NCBI GenBank assembly: GCA_944391265.1
Contig: CALXSX010000121.1
Coordinates: 1 to 37,530 of the forward strand
Reading direction: 5' to 3'
Origin: an uncultured Clostridia bacterium
GTDB taxonomy: Bacteria; Bacillota; Clostridia; UBA1381
Length of the DNA stretch: 37,530 nucleotides
A model generated the notes under the pieces. The model made no database searches, was not told the origin of the DNA, and was given only the letters and a program-made list of their open reading frames with translations. Below are positions 10,669 through 20,122 of the stretch, in pieces (the first letter of the stretch is position 1; the number at the start of each line of letters is the position of its first letter). Made by a program: the position numbers and the translations under genes.

Positions 10669-10756
10669 TGGAGGAGAGAGTGGGATTCGAACCCACGGAC
10701 GCTTGCACGTCACCGGTTTTCAAGACCGGCTCTTTCAACCGCTCAGACATCTCTCC
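10669..10756 (-). tRNA. tRNA-Ser (anticodon UGA)
   Basis: The reverse complement reads GGAGAGA-TG-D arm-CCGGT CTTGAAA ACCGG-long variable arm (GACG..CGTC)-GTGGG TTCGAAT CCCAC-TCTCTCC-T-CCA. The fold is class II, the anticodon is TGA, and the 3' CCA is encoded. Confidence 0.9.
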
Positions 10757-10771
10757 GAACTGACGAAAAAC

Positions 10772-10800
10772 ATTATATCATAATTATCGGCATATGTCAA
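10772..10800 (-). promoter_or_regulatory. Promoter of tRNA-Ser
   Basis: The minus strand reads TTGACA-17 nt-TATAAT, ending about 15 nt upstream of the tRNA 5' end. Confidence 0.7.
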
Positions 10801-10909
10801 TACCTTTGCTTTAAAAAAATTTTTTTGACTGAAATTTATAATAAATTTGTGGGGGAGATAATATTATTTGTAATTTATAAACATTAAAAAATTTTTTTAA
10901 GTAAAATAC

Positions 10910-10938
10910 TTGACACTTATCGTTTTATGATGTATAAT
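10910..10938 (+). promoter_or_regulatory. Promoter of the ylxM-ffh operon
   Basis: TTGACA (10910-15), a 17-nt spacer, then TATAAT (10933-38). Confidence 0.7.
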
Positions 10939-10972
10939 GTGTAAAGTTGATTACCTTTACAGAGGGATTGAG

Positions 10973-11320
10973 ATGAGCAAGGATCTGAGTGTAAGTATTT
11001 TAATTGATTTTTATGGACAGCTTTTGACTGAAAAGCAGGCGGAGGCGCTTGATTTATATTATAATGACGATCTGTCGCTCAGCGAGATTGCCGATGTTAT
11101 GGAAATAAGCAGGCAGGGAGTGCGCGACTTTATCAAAAGAGGTGAGAAACAGCTCGCCGAATATGAAGCAAAGCTTGGTCTTGCCGGCAGATTTACACAG
11201 ATAAAAGCAAAGCTTGAAGATATAAATAAGCTGGTTAAAACACTCAGAGTAAGTATGGGAGATAAAGAGGAATTAAACAAAATAGAGAGCTTGGTCAAAA
11301 CAATTTCAGATAAGGTATGA
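10973..11320 (+). CDS. ylxM: YlxM/p13-family putative HTH protein (UPF0122)
   Basis: Shows the sigma-70 region-4-like HTH typical of YlxM (LTEKQAEALDLYYNDDLSLSEIADVMEISRQGVRDFIKR) and the conserved position directly upstream of ffh. The start was moved from 10937 because that ATG lies inside the -10 box. The ATG at 10973 has an AGAGGGA RBS. Confidence 0.8.
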   Translation: MSKDLSVSILIDFYGQLLTEKQAEALDLYYNDDLSLSEIADVMEISRQGVRDFIKRGEKQLAEYEAKLGLAGRFTQIKAKLEDINKLVKTLRVSMGDKEELNKIESLVKTISDKV

Positions 11321-11346
11321 CCGAAGCTGTATGAGAGGTGAATCAG

Positions 11347-12690
11347 ATGGCGTTTGAAAGCCTCGGTGATAAGCTGCAGGGCGTGTTTAAAAAGCTTCGC
11401 GGCAAGGGCAAAATAACGGAAAAAGATATAAAAGATGCTATGCGTGAGGTTAAGCTTGCGCTTTTGGAAGCGGATGTTAACTTCAAGGTGGTAAAGCAGT
11501 TTGTAAATGCCGTTTCTGAAAAGGCTGTCGGCCAGGAGGTTATGGAATCATTGACGCCGGGCCAGCAGATAGTTAAGATAGTAAATGACGAGCTGACTGC
11601 TCTCATGGGCGGTGAGTGCTCTAAGCTTGAATTCAGCAACAGACCGCCGACGGTTTTCATGATGTGCGGACTTCAGGGCGCAGGTAAGACAACGGCCTGC
11701 GGCAAGCTCGCAAAGCATCTTATAAAGACGATGGACAAAAGGCCGCTGCTCGTAGCTGCTGATGTTTACAGACCGGCAGCAGTAAAACAGCTTGAGGTGC
11801 TTGGCAGTCAGGTAAATGCGGCAGTGTTCTCTATGGGAACAGACGTTTCGCCTGTTGAAATAGCAAAGCGCGCAGTTGAGCACGCTGTAAAGCACGGGAA
11901 TGACCCTGTTATTATAGATACGGCTGGCAGACTTCATATTGATGAGGAGCTCATGAATGAGCTTAAATCTATAAAAGACGCAGTAAATCCGAAAGAGATT
12001 CTTCTCGTTGTTGACGCTATGACGGGTCAGGACGCTGTTAATGTAGCTGAAGCGTTTAACAAAGAACTTGATATAACAGGCGTTATCCTTTCTAAACTTG
12101 ACGGTGATGCAAGGGGCGGAGCTGCGCTTTCCGTAAAGCAGGTTACGGGGAAACCAATAAAACTCGCTTCAGTCGGCGAGAAGCTTACTGACCTTGAAAT
12201 GTTCTATCCTGACCGAATGGCATCAAGGATACTCGGAATGGGAGATGTGCTCACGCTGATTGACAAGGCTCAGGAGGCACTCGACGATAAGAAGGCGGCA
12301 GAGCTTGAAAAGAAGATAAAGGAGCAGAGCTTCGGTCTTGATGACTTTTTGGAGCAGTTCAAGCAAATACGCAAAATGGGCTCACTCGGGCAGATTCTCG
12401 GTATGCTGCCTGGCGTGGACAAAAAGATGCTTGAAATGGTCGATACGGAGGAAAATGAAAAGAAAATGGTTCGTATCGAGGCAATTATTCAGTCGATGAC
12501 AAAAGAGGAAAAGAGAAATCCTCAGATTATCGGTGCGAGCAGAAAGATACGCATTTCAAAGGGAAGCGGTACAAGGGTGCAGGACGTTAACCAGCTTCTG
12601 AAGCAGTTCTCCGAAATGCAGAAATTTATGAAGCAGTTTTCCGGCGGAAAACAAAAAAGAATGATGAAAAGACTTAATAAATTTAGATAA
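11347..12690 (+). CDS. ffh: Signal recognition particle protein Ffh
   Basis: Has the GTPase motifs GLQGAGKTT, DTAGR and SKLDGDARGG, plus a Met-rich M domain. The ATG at 11347 (MAFESLG) lies 8 nt from a GAGAGG RBS and is preferred over the GTG at 11338. Confidence 0.93.
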   Translation: MAFESLGDKLQGVFKKLRGKGKITEKDIKDAMREVKLALLEADVNFKVVKQFVNAVSEKAVGQEVMESLTPGQQIVKIVNDELTALMGGECSKLEFSNRPPTVFMMCGLQGAGKTTACGKLAKHLIKTMDKRPLLVAADVYRPAAVKQLEVLGSQVNAAVFSMGTDVSPVEIAKRAVEHAVKHGNDPVIIDTAGRLHIDEELMNELKSIKDAVNPKEILLVVDAMTGQDAVNVAEAFNKELDITGVILSKLDGDARGGAALSVKQVTGKPIKLASVGEKLTDLEMFYPDRMASRILGMGDVLTLIDKAQEALDDKKAAELEKKIKEQSFGLDDFLEQFKQIRKMGSLGQILGMLPGVDKKMLEMVDTEENEKKMVRIEAIIQSMTKEEKRNPQIIGASRKIRISKGSGTRVQDVNQLLKQFSEMQKFMKQFSGGKQKRMMKRLNKFR

Positions 12691-12726
12691 ATGTCTTTAT
12701 ATCCGGTCAAGGAGGTGAAAATAGAA

Positions 12727-12969
12727 ATGGCAGTTAAAATCAGACTCAGAAGAATGGGTGCGAAGAAATCTCCTTTTTACAGAGTAGTAGTCGCAGATTC
12801 AAGATATCCGCGCGACGGAAGATTCATTGAAGAGATTGGCACCTACGATCCTATGACAGAGCCTGCAACAATCAAAATTGATGGCGAAAAGGCTAAGAAA
12901 TGGATTGGAAACGGCGCTCAGCCGACTGATACCGTAAAGGCACTTTTAAAGAAGAGCAATATTCTTTAA
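12727..12969 (+). CDS. rpsP: 30S ribosomal protein S16
   Basis: Starts [26 protein letters not shown]. An AAGGAGGTG RBS lies upstream of the ATG at 12727; the tracked ORF start at 12691 is too early. Confidence 0.93.
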   Translation: MAVKIRLRRMGAKKSPFYRVVVADSRYPRDGRFIEEIGTYDPMTEPATIKIDGEKAKKWIGNGAQPTDTVKALLKKSNIL

Positions 12970-12994
12970 TAGCCGGGATAGTGGAGGAATAATC

Positions 12995-13222
12995 ATGAAG
13001 CAAGTATTGGAAATTATTGCAAAATCGCTTGTTGACCATCCCGAAGCTGTCAGCATTAACGAGATCCCTGGTGATGATTCGATTACGCTTGAACTGAAGG
13101 TAGCCGAAGACGACATGGGGAAAGTGATTGGCAAGCAAGGAAGGATAGCTAAAGCTATCAGAACGGTTGTTAAAGCGGCTGCAAGCCGTGAAAACAAACA
13201 CGTTGTAGTTGAGATTGTTTGA
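12995..13222 (+). CDS. khpA: KH-domain RNA-binding protein (YlqC/KhpA)
   Basis: The 75-aa product has a GKVIGKQGRIAKAIRTVV KH GxxG loop. It sits in the conserved position between rpsP and rimM. Confidence 0.85.
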   Translation: MKQVLEIIAKSLVDHPEAVSINEIPGDDSITLELKVAEDDMGKVIGKQGRIAKAIRTVVKAAASRENKHVVVEIV

Positions 13223-13243
13223 TGCTCAGCCGAAGAATATTTG

Positions 13244-13272
13244 AAAAAATCCGCCGCTCTGCGGATTTTTTT
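13244..13272 (+). terminator. Terminator-like hairpin inside the rpsP-trmD cluster
   Basis: AAAAAATCCGC-cgctct-GCGGATTTTTTT lies between khpA and rimM. Confidence 0.6.
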
Positions 13273-13319
13273 CAAATATAAAATTTTACGGGTATTTTCT
13301 GGTTATGGAGTTGAATTTT

Positions 13320-13826
13320 ATGGACAGGCTTGAAATAGGAAAGATAATAAATACACATGGCCTAAGAGGCGAAGTAAAAGTCGTTTCGTGGACGGATTCG
13401 CCTGAGGATTTTGAACGCATAAAAACGGCTTATATTATGGCGAAGGAATCTGATATAAAGGTTACTGTAAAGAGCATAAAATACCAAAAAAGCAATCTTA
13501 TCGTAAAATTTGCCGGGTTTGACAAGATAGAGGATGTGGAGATGTACAAGGGCTGTGTGCTCACTGCTGAAAGGGACGAGCTTCCTCCGCTTCCTGAGGG
13601 CGTGCATTACATTGTTGACCTTATAGGCTGCACCGTAAAAGGTGATGACGGAGAGGTGATAGGCACGCTCGAGGACGTGTTCACGGCAGGCGGAGGAGAT
13701 GTATATGACGTTTCAAGGCAAGGCAAATCAAACCTTCTTATTCCGACTGCGGGAGGAGTTGTTCAAAGCATCGATATATCATCAAAGACGGTAGTTGTAA
13801 AACTTCCGGAGGGGCTGGAGGATTAA
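13320..13826 (+). CDS. rimM: 16S rRNA processing protein RimM
   Basis: GKIINTHGLRGEVKV at the N-terminus and a PRC-barrel C-terminus. The ATG at 13320 lies 9 nt from a GGAG, whereas the ATG at 13305 has no RBS. Confidence 0.88.
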   Translation: MDRLEIGKIINTHGLRGEVKVVSWTDSPEDFERIKTAYIMAKESDIKVTVKSIKYQKSNLIVKFAGFDKIEDVEMYKGCVLTAERDELPPLPEGVHYIVDLIGCTVKGDDGEVIGTLEDVFTAGGGDVYDVSRQGKSNLLIPTAGGVVQSIDISSKTVVVKLPEGLED

Positions 13827-14555
13827 ATGAACTCGTTTTATATACTGACATTGTTCCCGGAGATGTTTGAAGCGACTCTTCGAAACAGCATTATTGGCAG
13901 AGCCGAAAAAAACGGGCTTATAAAGCTCAAATTTATCAATATACGTGATTTTTCCGAAAACAAGCACAGAAAAACGGATCTCTATCCGTACAGCGGAGGC
14001 GGAGGAATGATAATGACTCCGGAGCCGATTTACAACGCATGGAAAAGCGTTGCTGATGAGCTGGGCAGAAAGCCGTTTACGATATATATGACGCCTCAGG
14101 GCAAGGTGTTCAGTCAGGAGACTGCAAAGAGTCTGCTTGAAAAAAAGGATATCGTGCTGCTTTGCGGTCACTATGAGGGTGTAGACCAGAGGGTTCTCGA
14201 CGAGATAGTCGATATGGAGATATCGCTCGGTGATTTTGTTCTTACCGGAGGGGAGATACCTGCTATGGCTGTTGTGGACGCTGTTTCAAGAATGGTTCCC
14301 GGAGTTTTAAGCGATGAAAAATCGTACTCCGAGGAGTCTCATTATTCAGGGCTTTTGGAGTATCCTCAGTACACAAGGCCGGAGGTTTTTATGGGAAGAA
14401 AGGTACCGGAAATTTTGCTTTCCGGCCATCATGCGAACATACAAAAATGGAAGAGGGAGCAGTCGCTCCTCGTAACTAAAGAGAAAAGACCCGATTTGCT
14501 TGAAAAGGCAAATCTAACCGCTGAGGATATTGAATTTTTAAAGAAAAATAATTAG
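13827..14555 (+). CDS. trmD: tRNA (guanine37-N1)-methyltransferase TrmD
   Basis: Carries [13 protein letters not shown] and [12 protein letters not shown]. The start abuts the rimM stop. Confidence 0.93.
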   Translation: MNSFYILTLFPEMFEATLRNSIIGRAEKNGLIKLKFINIRDFSENKHRKTDLYPYSGGGGMIMTPEPIYNAWKSVADELGRKPFTIYMTPQGKVFSQETAKSLLEKKDIVLLCGHYEGVDQRVLDEIVDMEISLGDFVLTGGEIPAMAVVDAVSRMVPGVLSDEKSYSEESHYSGLLEYPQYTRPEVFMGRKVPEILLSGHHANIQKWKREQSLLVTKEKRPDLLEKANLTAEDIEFLKKNN

Positions 14556-14629
14556 AAAAAGGTAATATTTATCATATCTCCTTCATAAAATATAATAGCT
14601 GTCAGAGTGCTGCCGGTTACTTATGTCTT

Positions 14630-15142
14630 ATGGAGGTTTTTTTGTTGCGCAAATTGAGCATAATATACATGATTTTCATGATTGTTGTCACTGCGGCTGA
14701 TTTTATGCCGCACAGGCAGACATCGTCAGATATGGCTAAGGCTGAGCTGTTTTTTGTTGATGCTCATATGATGAGACTCGTTTCGATAGATTATTACATA
14801 ACAGATACAGATGCGGAAAAGCAGGCGAAAATAATAGTAACAGAGCTTATAAAGGGCAGAGACGGAAATGATGTGATTAGGAGGCTAATCCCGAATCACA
14901 AGGATGCACTTTCAGTAAAATTGAAAGATGAGGTTGCTGTGGTTGATGTCAATATGAAGTACTTAGATGAATATGAAACGGGAAAGCTTCAGGAAGAGCT
15001 TTTTGTTTATCAGATAGTAAATTCACTCTGCTCATTAGATGGTATAAATAGGGTTAAATTCACTTTTGACGGTGAGCAGAAAAAGAATTTTATAGGAGAT
15101 ATGGATATGAGGGAGGCATATGTGCCGGATTATTACGTATAG
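14630..15142 (+). CDS. Membrane-anchored GerM-like (sporulation/germination) domain protein
   Basis: Has an N-terminal hydrophobic anchor and a GerM-like C-terminal pattern (LDGINRVKFTFDGEQ). The true start may be the TTG at 14642, 5 nt after a GGAGG. Confidence 0.45.
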   Translation: MEVFLLRKLSIIYMIFMIVVTAADFMPHRQTSSDMAKAELFFVDAHMMRLVSIDYYITDTDAEKQAKIIVTELIKGRDGNDVIRRLIPNHKDALSVKLKDEVAVVDVNMKYLDEYETGKLQEELFVYQIVNSLCSLDGINRVKFTFDGEQKKNFIGDMDMREAYVPDYYV

Positions 15143-15162
15143 TCAATAAAAATATTAAATAT

Positions 15163-15203
15163 AAAGGCGAAGTGCTGTGTTAATCAGTGCTTCGCCTTTT
15201 TTA
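15163..15203. terminator. Bidirectional terminator between convergent genes
   Basis: AAAGGCGAAG..CTTCGCCTTT hairpin flanked by A-rich and T-rich (TTTTTT) tracts. Confidence 0.7.
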
Positions 15204-16238
15204 TCAATTAGATATTTTAAATAAATTATTAACAGCGGTAACAGCCTGCTCAGTGGTTATAAAGCCTTTCGGCTCGAAATTTCCGCCGGTGCCTGACATA
15301 ATTCCGTTTGAAGCTATGAAGCTTACAGAATCAAGCGCCCATGACTCAATCTGAGACATATCACCGAAAGCAGTATTGTTTTTCCCGTATGAACTGATGC
15401 CAATTATCTGGCAGGCGTTTTTCAGAATAACTGCCGCCTGCTCTCGAGTGAGAGCATCGTCCGGCTTGAATTCCGTTTCGGAAACTCCGCCCACAACTCC
15501 AAGCGCGTGCAGCATATTAACGTAGCTGTCCGAGGTGTCGTTAAAATAATGCGTCAGGTAAGCTACGTCTGTATCGCGAAGATAGTTCTCAAGATTTGAG
15601 TAATTAAGCGATACGGCTATTAAATTCCCTATCAGGAGGCAAAACTCTTGCCTTGAAATTGCCCTTCCGAAACAATTATTTATTTCAAACGGCAGCAAAG
15701 AGTTTTCCGCACTGTACATGACCTGTTCAACAGCCCATTGCTCCGCGGGGAAGTTAAGGTAGTCGGGGCTTTCATTTATTGTAAACACGTTGTGATCGTA
15801 TGTGTTTTCAGATGACATGAAGCTTGAGTAAATAGAGCCTATTACGTCTATCTCTTCATCAGTGCCGTAGCATATATAGTTTGAATCTCCGTATTTTCCG
15901 ACCTGAACACCGGAATTTATAAAATATGGCTTTTCACCGGAGCTTGTCTCAAGAACAATGCAAACGCCGCTGAATGGGTGCTTGTTTATCTTTCTGTAAA
16001 CTAACGCCGTGTCGGCTACCGCTACAAACTGGTTTATCTGTGACTGTGACAGCTTCATTGCCTTTGACTTTTCAAGGCTCATAACATAGCCTCCTGTCAC
16101 TTCCGATTCATCACCTATACCCATAGCCTCAAGTATTGTGAGTTCTTCCTCGTTATAGACATCAGCTGCAAACGCCGCCGTGCACGATATAAAAAACAAT
16201 GATGTTATAAGTAAAACATAAATGTATATTTTTTTCAT
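15204..16238 (-). CDS. Secreted protein with three C-terminal SLH-like repeats
   Basis: Signal peptide MKKIYIYVLLITSLFFISCTAAFA. Shows SLH-like repeats (FPAEQWAVEQV..ISRQEF, FNDTSDSYVNMLHALGVVGG..FKPDDALTREQAA, FGDMSQIESWALDSVSFIASNGIMSG..FEPKGFITTEQA). The start is set at M15 of the tracked ORF. Confidence 0.6.
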   Translation of the reverse strand: MKKIYIYVLLITSLFFISCTAAFAADVYNEEELTILEAMGIGDESEVTGGYVMSLEKSKAMKLSQSQINQFVAVADTALVYRKINKHPFSGVCIVLETSSGEKPYFINSGVQVGKYGDSNYICYGTDEEIDVIGSIYSSFMSSENTYDHNVFTINESPDYLNFPAEQWAVEQVMYSAENSLLPFEINNCFGRAISRQEFCLLIGNLIAVSLNYSNLENYLRDTDVAYLTHYFNDTSDSYVNMLHALGVVGGVSETEFKPDDALTREQAAVILKNACQIIGISSYGKNNTAFGDMSQIESWALDSVSFIASNGIMSGTGGNFEPKGFITTEQAVTAVNNLFKISN

Positions 16239-16261
16239 AAAGTGACCTTTCAGATATTTTT

Positions 16262-17476
16262 TTAACCGGCATATGGCCATATAACAGCTGTCTTGCCGTT
16301 AGGCAGCTCTATAAAATATTCAAATTTTGACGGATCCTTTTCGTCAACATAGCAGTCAAGCACTTCAAAGCTTGTGAGAGTGTCTGAGTAGATTATATCA
16401 TTGTCGGTTACATTGTTTACATATGAGCCTTTGTTGTATAGTGTCACCTCTTCATACGAAAGCGGCTGATTATCGTTATAAAGCCTTGTAAATGTTCTGC
16501 CTACAGCTGAATCGGTCTTCCACAAATAACGAATCAGATCTGAATCTTCGAGTGAGTAAACTCCTGAACAAAGCATCGTATCAAGAAAACAAAGACCGTC
16601 AGTATCAGATATGATATTTTCAGCTCCGTCAATGAACAGTTTGTTTTGAAAATAAATCATGCCGTCGGCAGAATTGTTTGCTTTAATCTGGAAAACATCT
16701 GAACCGTTGTATCTGTACACGCCTGCACATCTTCCGTCTTCGCTGTTATAAAGGACTAATATTTCAGTATATCTGTCCGAACCCACAATGTCTGCTACCG
16801 CTACTCCGTACGGTTCAAGATCGGTTGATAGAACAGAATTGAAGCTCGCCCCGTTAATCCAGAGAGCAGGTGTATTAGTTGTGCCGTCTGCTGATTTTTT
16901 CAGAGGTATAAATGCAAGCAGATCGTTTTCACCGTTCCCGTCAAGGTCGAAGCATGGTATGTCAGAGAGGTCGCTTGTAACAACAAAGCCTCCGTCTTCA
17001 AGCGTCATAAACCCGGTTCTCCACTGTGCATTTGCCCTGTATTCCTTGCCGGTGGTTGATATGAGAACCGAATTTCTTACAGAATTCCATGTAACACCGA
17101 AATCCATAGCTTCGGCGATTGCCCGTACAGGAATAGAAAGCCTTTCATTTATTATTGTGGCAGGAACATCAATTGCAACCGGCTTTCCGTTTTTCATTAG
17201 ATACGGGTCGCCTATTTTTGTAGTAACGGTATAGTTGCCTTTTGTCAGCGTCGCAGTCTGGGTGTCGGCATTCCAGTCCACCGTGGCACCTGCTTTTTCA
17301 AACACTGCCCTTACGGGTACCATTGTTCTGCCGTCGAGCAGGGTTGGCGCCTGGTCAAAAGTGACCTCCGAGTTGTCAACAAATACCTTTATAGACGTTT
17401 CTGCAATAGCAGATACTGCTGACGCTGCAATTATTCCCGCAGTTAAAGCTGATATGGTGAGTATTCTTAATTTCAT
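16262..17476 (-). CDS. Secreted protein with an N-terminal copper-amine-oxidase-like (stalk) domain and an FG-GAP/Ca-binding-like DxDGNG motif
   Basis: Has a signal peptide and a Cu_amine_oxidN1-like segment (LDGRTMVPVRAVFEKAGATVDWN..ERLSIPVRAIAEAMDFGVTWN). Also contains FDLDGNGENDLLAF. Confidence 0.6.
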   Translation of the reverse strand: MKLRILTISALTAGIIAASAVSAIAETSIKVFVDNSEVTFDQAPTLLDGRTMVPVRAVFEKAGATVDWNADTQTATLTKGNYTVTTKIGDPYLMKNGKPVAIDVPATIINERLSIPVRAIAEAMDFGVTWNSVRNSVLISTTGKEYRANAQWRTGFMTLEDGGFVVTSDLSDIPCFDLDGNGENDLLAFIPLKKSADGTTNTPALWINGASFNSVLSTDLEPYGVAVADIVGSDRYTEILVLYNSEDGRCAGVYRYNGSDVFQIKANNSADGMIYFQNKLFIDGAENIISDTDGLCFLDTMLCSGVYSLEDSDLIRYLWKTDSAVGRTFTRLYNDNQPLSYEEVTLYNKGSYVNNVTDNDIIYSDTLTSFEVLDCYVDEKDPSKFEYFIELPNGKTAVIWPYAG

Positions 17477-17510
17477 AGTAACTTTCCTTTCTGTAAACTT
17501 ATTTTAATCG

Positions 17511-19979
17511 TTACTCCGATACCTTCTCGGGAACTGCACCCTGAGACCCTGAACCGGTATTTCCTTGAGGTGATTCCGGCTCAGTAACGGGATTCGATTC
17601 AGATTCTTGCCCGCTGTCCGGATTTTGTTCAGGGCGCGTCTGTGAATTTGACCCTGTTCCGCTGCCTTCAGGAGGCTGAGATTTTTCCGGAACGTCCGTA
17701 TCATCATCGTTTGAATTCGGCTCTCTGGATGAGTTTTCAGTGCTTTTCGGTTTATCGGTGTCTTCTGGTTTCTGTGTGCGATTTGAATTTGACGAGCTTT
17801 TGTGGCTGCTGCACGTTTTCTTTGGCTGCGTACCCGTCAAGAAGCACACTGTTGTTGAATTGCATGAGGACCTTGCCAGGTCTCCGCTGTCAAGACATAT
17901 TTCCGCTTCGACAACGCCCTGAGGTATTTCAACCTCCTTTTCCTCAAAACCTGAGTGAACGTCTTCCATAACTTTTTTCCAAACGGAAATAGCAGGATTA
18001 GATGAAGCGCTTATAGCTTTCGGCGAATCATAGCCATACCAAACGGCGGCGGCATAGTAATCCGTTAAACCGACAAACCATTTATCTATGTTATCGTTTG
18101 TCGTTCCTGTCTTTCCGTATGTCGTTATATCAGACAGACGGGCTGAGCGTGCTGTCCCGTATGAGCCGTAAACAGGCTGACGCAGAAGGCTTTTCATTAC
18201 GAATGCCGTTGACGGCTTAAGAGCCTGCGTGGTATCAGGTGTGTTTTCAAGAATGGTATTGCCTGACGCGTCAACAACCTTCGTGTAGGTGTATGGCCTT
18301 ATATATTTTCCCCCGTTTAAAAATGTTGCGTATGCCGCCGTTATTTCTTCAACAGTTACACCGCGTGTAAGTCCGCCCAAAGATATTGAGCTGTAGTTTT
18401 TATCGGCCGATTCGAGCGTTGTAAATTTGAAATTATTCTGAAGGTAGGAAAACGATTTGTTTATGCCGACCATGTCAAGCACCTTAACCGCCGGAATGTT
18501 CGAGGATCTTCCGACCGCCTCGCAGATGGTCATGTCTCCCTTGAATCCTCTGTAAGAGTTGGACGGCTCCCAGTTATCGCTGCCTATGGTGATTTTTTCG
18601 TCAGTCACGATTGTAGCCGGTGTAACCTTTTCAAGCTCTATCGCCGGGGCGTAAACAGACAGTGGCTTTATCGCCGAACCGGGCTGCCGCACAGCCTGTG
18701 TGGCTCTGTTGAAGCCGCGAGTATCTGTTTTCTTTCCTATGCCTCCGACCATTCCCTTGATCTGACCGGTATACGGGTCTATAATAACCATTGCTGACTG
18801 GGCTGAGGAGCTTGGGAAATTAGACGTGTTTTCAAATACCTTCTCAATTTTCTCCTGTATCTCCGGGTCAATGGTGGAATATATCTTAAGGCCACCGTTC
18901 GTAATCTGCTGATTCGCAAAATCCTCTGAGTATCCCTTTAGATCCTGCAAATCCTTAACAACATCTTTAATAACTTCATCAACGAAATAAGACGTTATAT
19001 TAGATTCAGTGTCAGTCTTGTGACCTACCACTTTAAGTGAACTTGATACAGCTTCGTCATATTCTTCCTGAGAAATTTTGCCGAGCTCAAGCATTTTTGC
19101 TAAAACAAGATTTCTTTTTTCTATATTGTTTTCAGGGTTCGCTATCGGGTCGAATTTTGCCGGGGTCTGCGTTATTCCTACTATAGAAGCAGCTTCCGCA
19201 AGCGTCAGCTCATCGGCTGATTTGTTGAAGTATGTGTTTGAGGCAGCCTCAACACCATAGCAGCCGTTGGCAAAATATACGATATTGAGGTAAAGAGTCA
19301 GTATCTCATCCTTTGACAGCTGTTTTTCGAGCGCTATAGCGCTCATCATTTCTTTGATTTTTCTTGTAGGACTTTTTTCTTTTTCATTCGTAATGTTTTT
19401 TATTACCTGCTGAGTAATCGTGCTTCCACCGTATGAGGAATCACCTATTCCTATTTTTGAAAGAAGATATTTCACTGTAGCTCCGAAGGTTCTTTTCAAA
19501 TCAACTCCGTGGTGCTTTTCAAAGCGTTCATCCTCTATGGCAATTGTCGCTTCCTTCAAATTGTCACCAATCTCATCGCTCGACACCCATTTCCTGTTGA
19601 CGGTGGATTTTATCTGCTCAAGCTCCTTATATGTTCCGTCGCTGTCCTCGTACATTATATACGAAGAGTAGTTGAGTGCAAGATCGCTTATATTCATATC
19701 TGCAATCTCTGTTGATACTGCTGTATACATTCCTATACCAACGCCCGTTCCGACTATGACGAGTATTATTCCTATAATAAGAACGGCAATCCCAACGCCG
19801 TTAAAAAACTTGTGAGTCTTTTCCTTCCTTGCATTTTTTTTAAGCCGTTTTTCAAGGCGTGTAGAATTTCTTTTACCGGAGGATTTCTTGTTTCTCGACC
19901 TGTGCAGGTCTTCATCCCCGGGGTAGTAATTATATTTATTATCATCCTGGTAGTCCAAAACCCTACTCCTCCAATTCAT
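17511..19979 (-). CDS. Class A penicillin-binding protein (PBP1A, transglycosylase/transpeptidase)
   Basis: GT51 motifs EDERFEKHHGVD and GGSTITQQ. Transpeptidase motifs SAIKP, SSN and KTGTT. Has an N-terminal TM anchor and a Ser/Pro/Glu/Asn-rich C-terminal tail of about 100 aa. An alternative TTG start at 19958 follows a GGAGG. Confidence 0.9.
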   Translation of the reverse strand: MNWRSRVLDYQDDNKYNYYPGDEDLHRSRNKKSSGKRNSTRLEKRLKKNARKEKTHKFFNGVGIAVLIIGIILVIVGTGVGIGMYTAVSTEIADMNISDLALNYSSYIMYEDSDGTYKELEQIKSTVNRKWVSSDEIGDNLKEATIAIEDERFEKHHGVDLKRTFGATVKYLLSKIGIGDSSYGGSTITQQVIKNITNEKEKSPTRKIKEMMSAIALEKQLSKDEILTLYLNIVYFANGCYGVEAASNTYFNKSADELTLAEAASIVGITQTPAKFDPIANPENNIEKRNLVLAKMLELGKISQEEYDEAVSSSLKVVGHKTDTESNITSYFVDEVIKDVVKDLQDLKGYSEDFANQQITNGGLKIYSTIDPEIQEKIEKVFENTSNFPSSSAQSAMVIIDPYTGQIKGMVGGIGKKTDTRGFNRATQAVRQPGSAIKPLSVYAPAIELEKVTPATIVTDEKITIGSDNWEPSNSYRGFKGDMTICEAVGRSSNIPAVKVLDMVGINKSFSYLQNNFKFTTLESADKNYSSISLGGLTRGVTVEEITAAYATFLNGGKYIRPYTYTKVVDASGNTILENTPDTTQALKPSTAFVMKSLLRQPVYGSYGTARSARLSDITTYGKTGTTNDNIDKWFVGLTDYYAAAVWYGYDSPKAISASSNPAISVWKKVMEDVHSGFEEKEVEIPQGVVEAEICLDSGDLARSSCNSTTVCFLTGTQPKKTCSSHKSSSNSNRTQKPEDTDKPKSTENSSREPNSNDDDTDVPEKSQPPEGSGTGSNSQTRPEQNPDSGQESESNPVTEPESPQGNTGSGSQGAVPEKVSE

Positions 19980-20122
19980 TTTTGATAAACATAACCAACT
20001 TTATTATATAGGAAAACATATATTTTTTCATGACTTTTTTCAAAAAAGTAATAAATTACGTATAAAAAAATGACATTTGCAAAAAATAGAATAAAGCATT
20101 TTATACACAAATATTCTGGAAG

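Noticed and set aside
10666-10887. 73-aa ORF, plus minus-strand ORFs at 10432-10750
   Set aside because: They overlap the tRNA-Ser gene and its promoter and terminators, so they are artefacts of the tRNA sequence.
10937-10972. Upstream ATG extending ylxM by 12 codons
   Set aside because: That ATG lies inside the -10 hexamer of the only good promoter, so it would not be transcribed. The ATG at 10973 has an RBS.
16788-17507. Plus-strand ORFs of 148 aa and 90 aa
   Set aside because: They are antisense to the secreted stalk-domain gene and are shadow ORFs.
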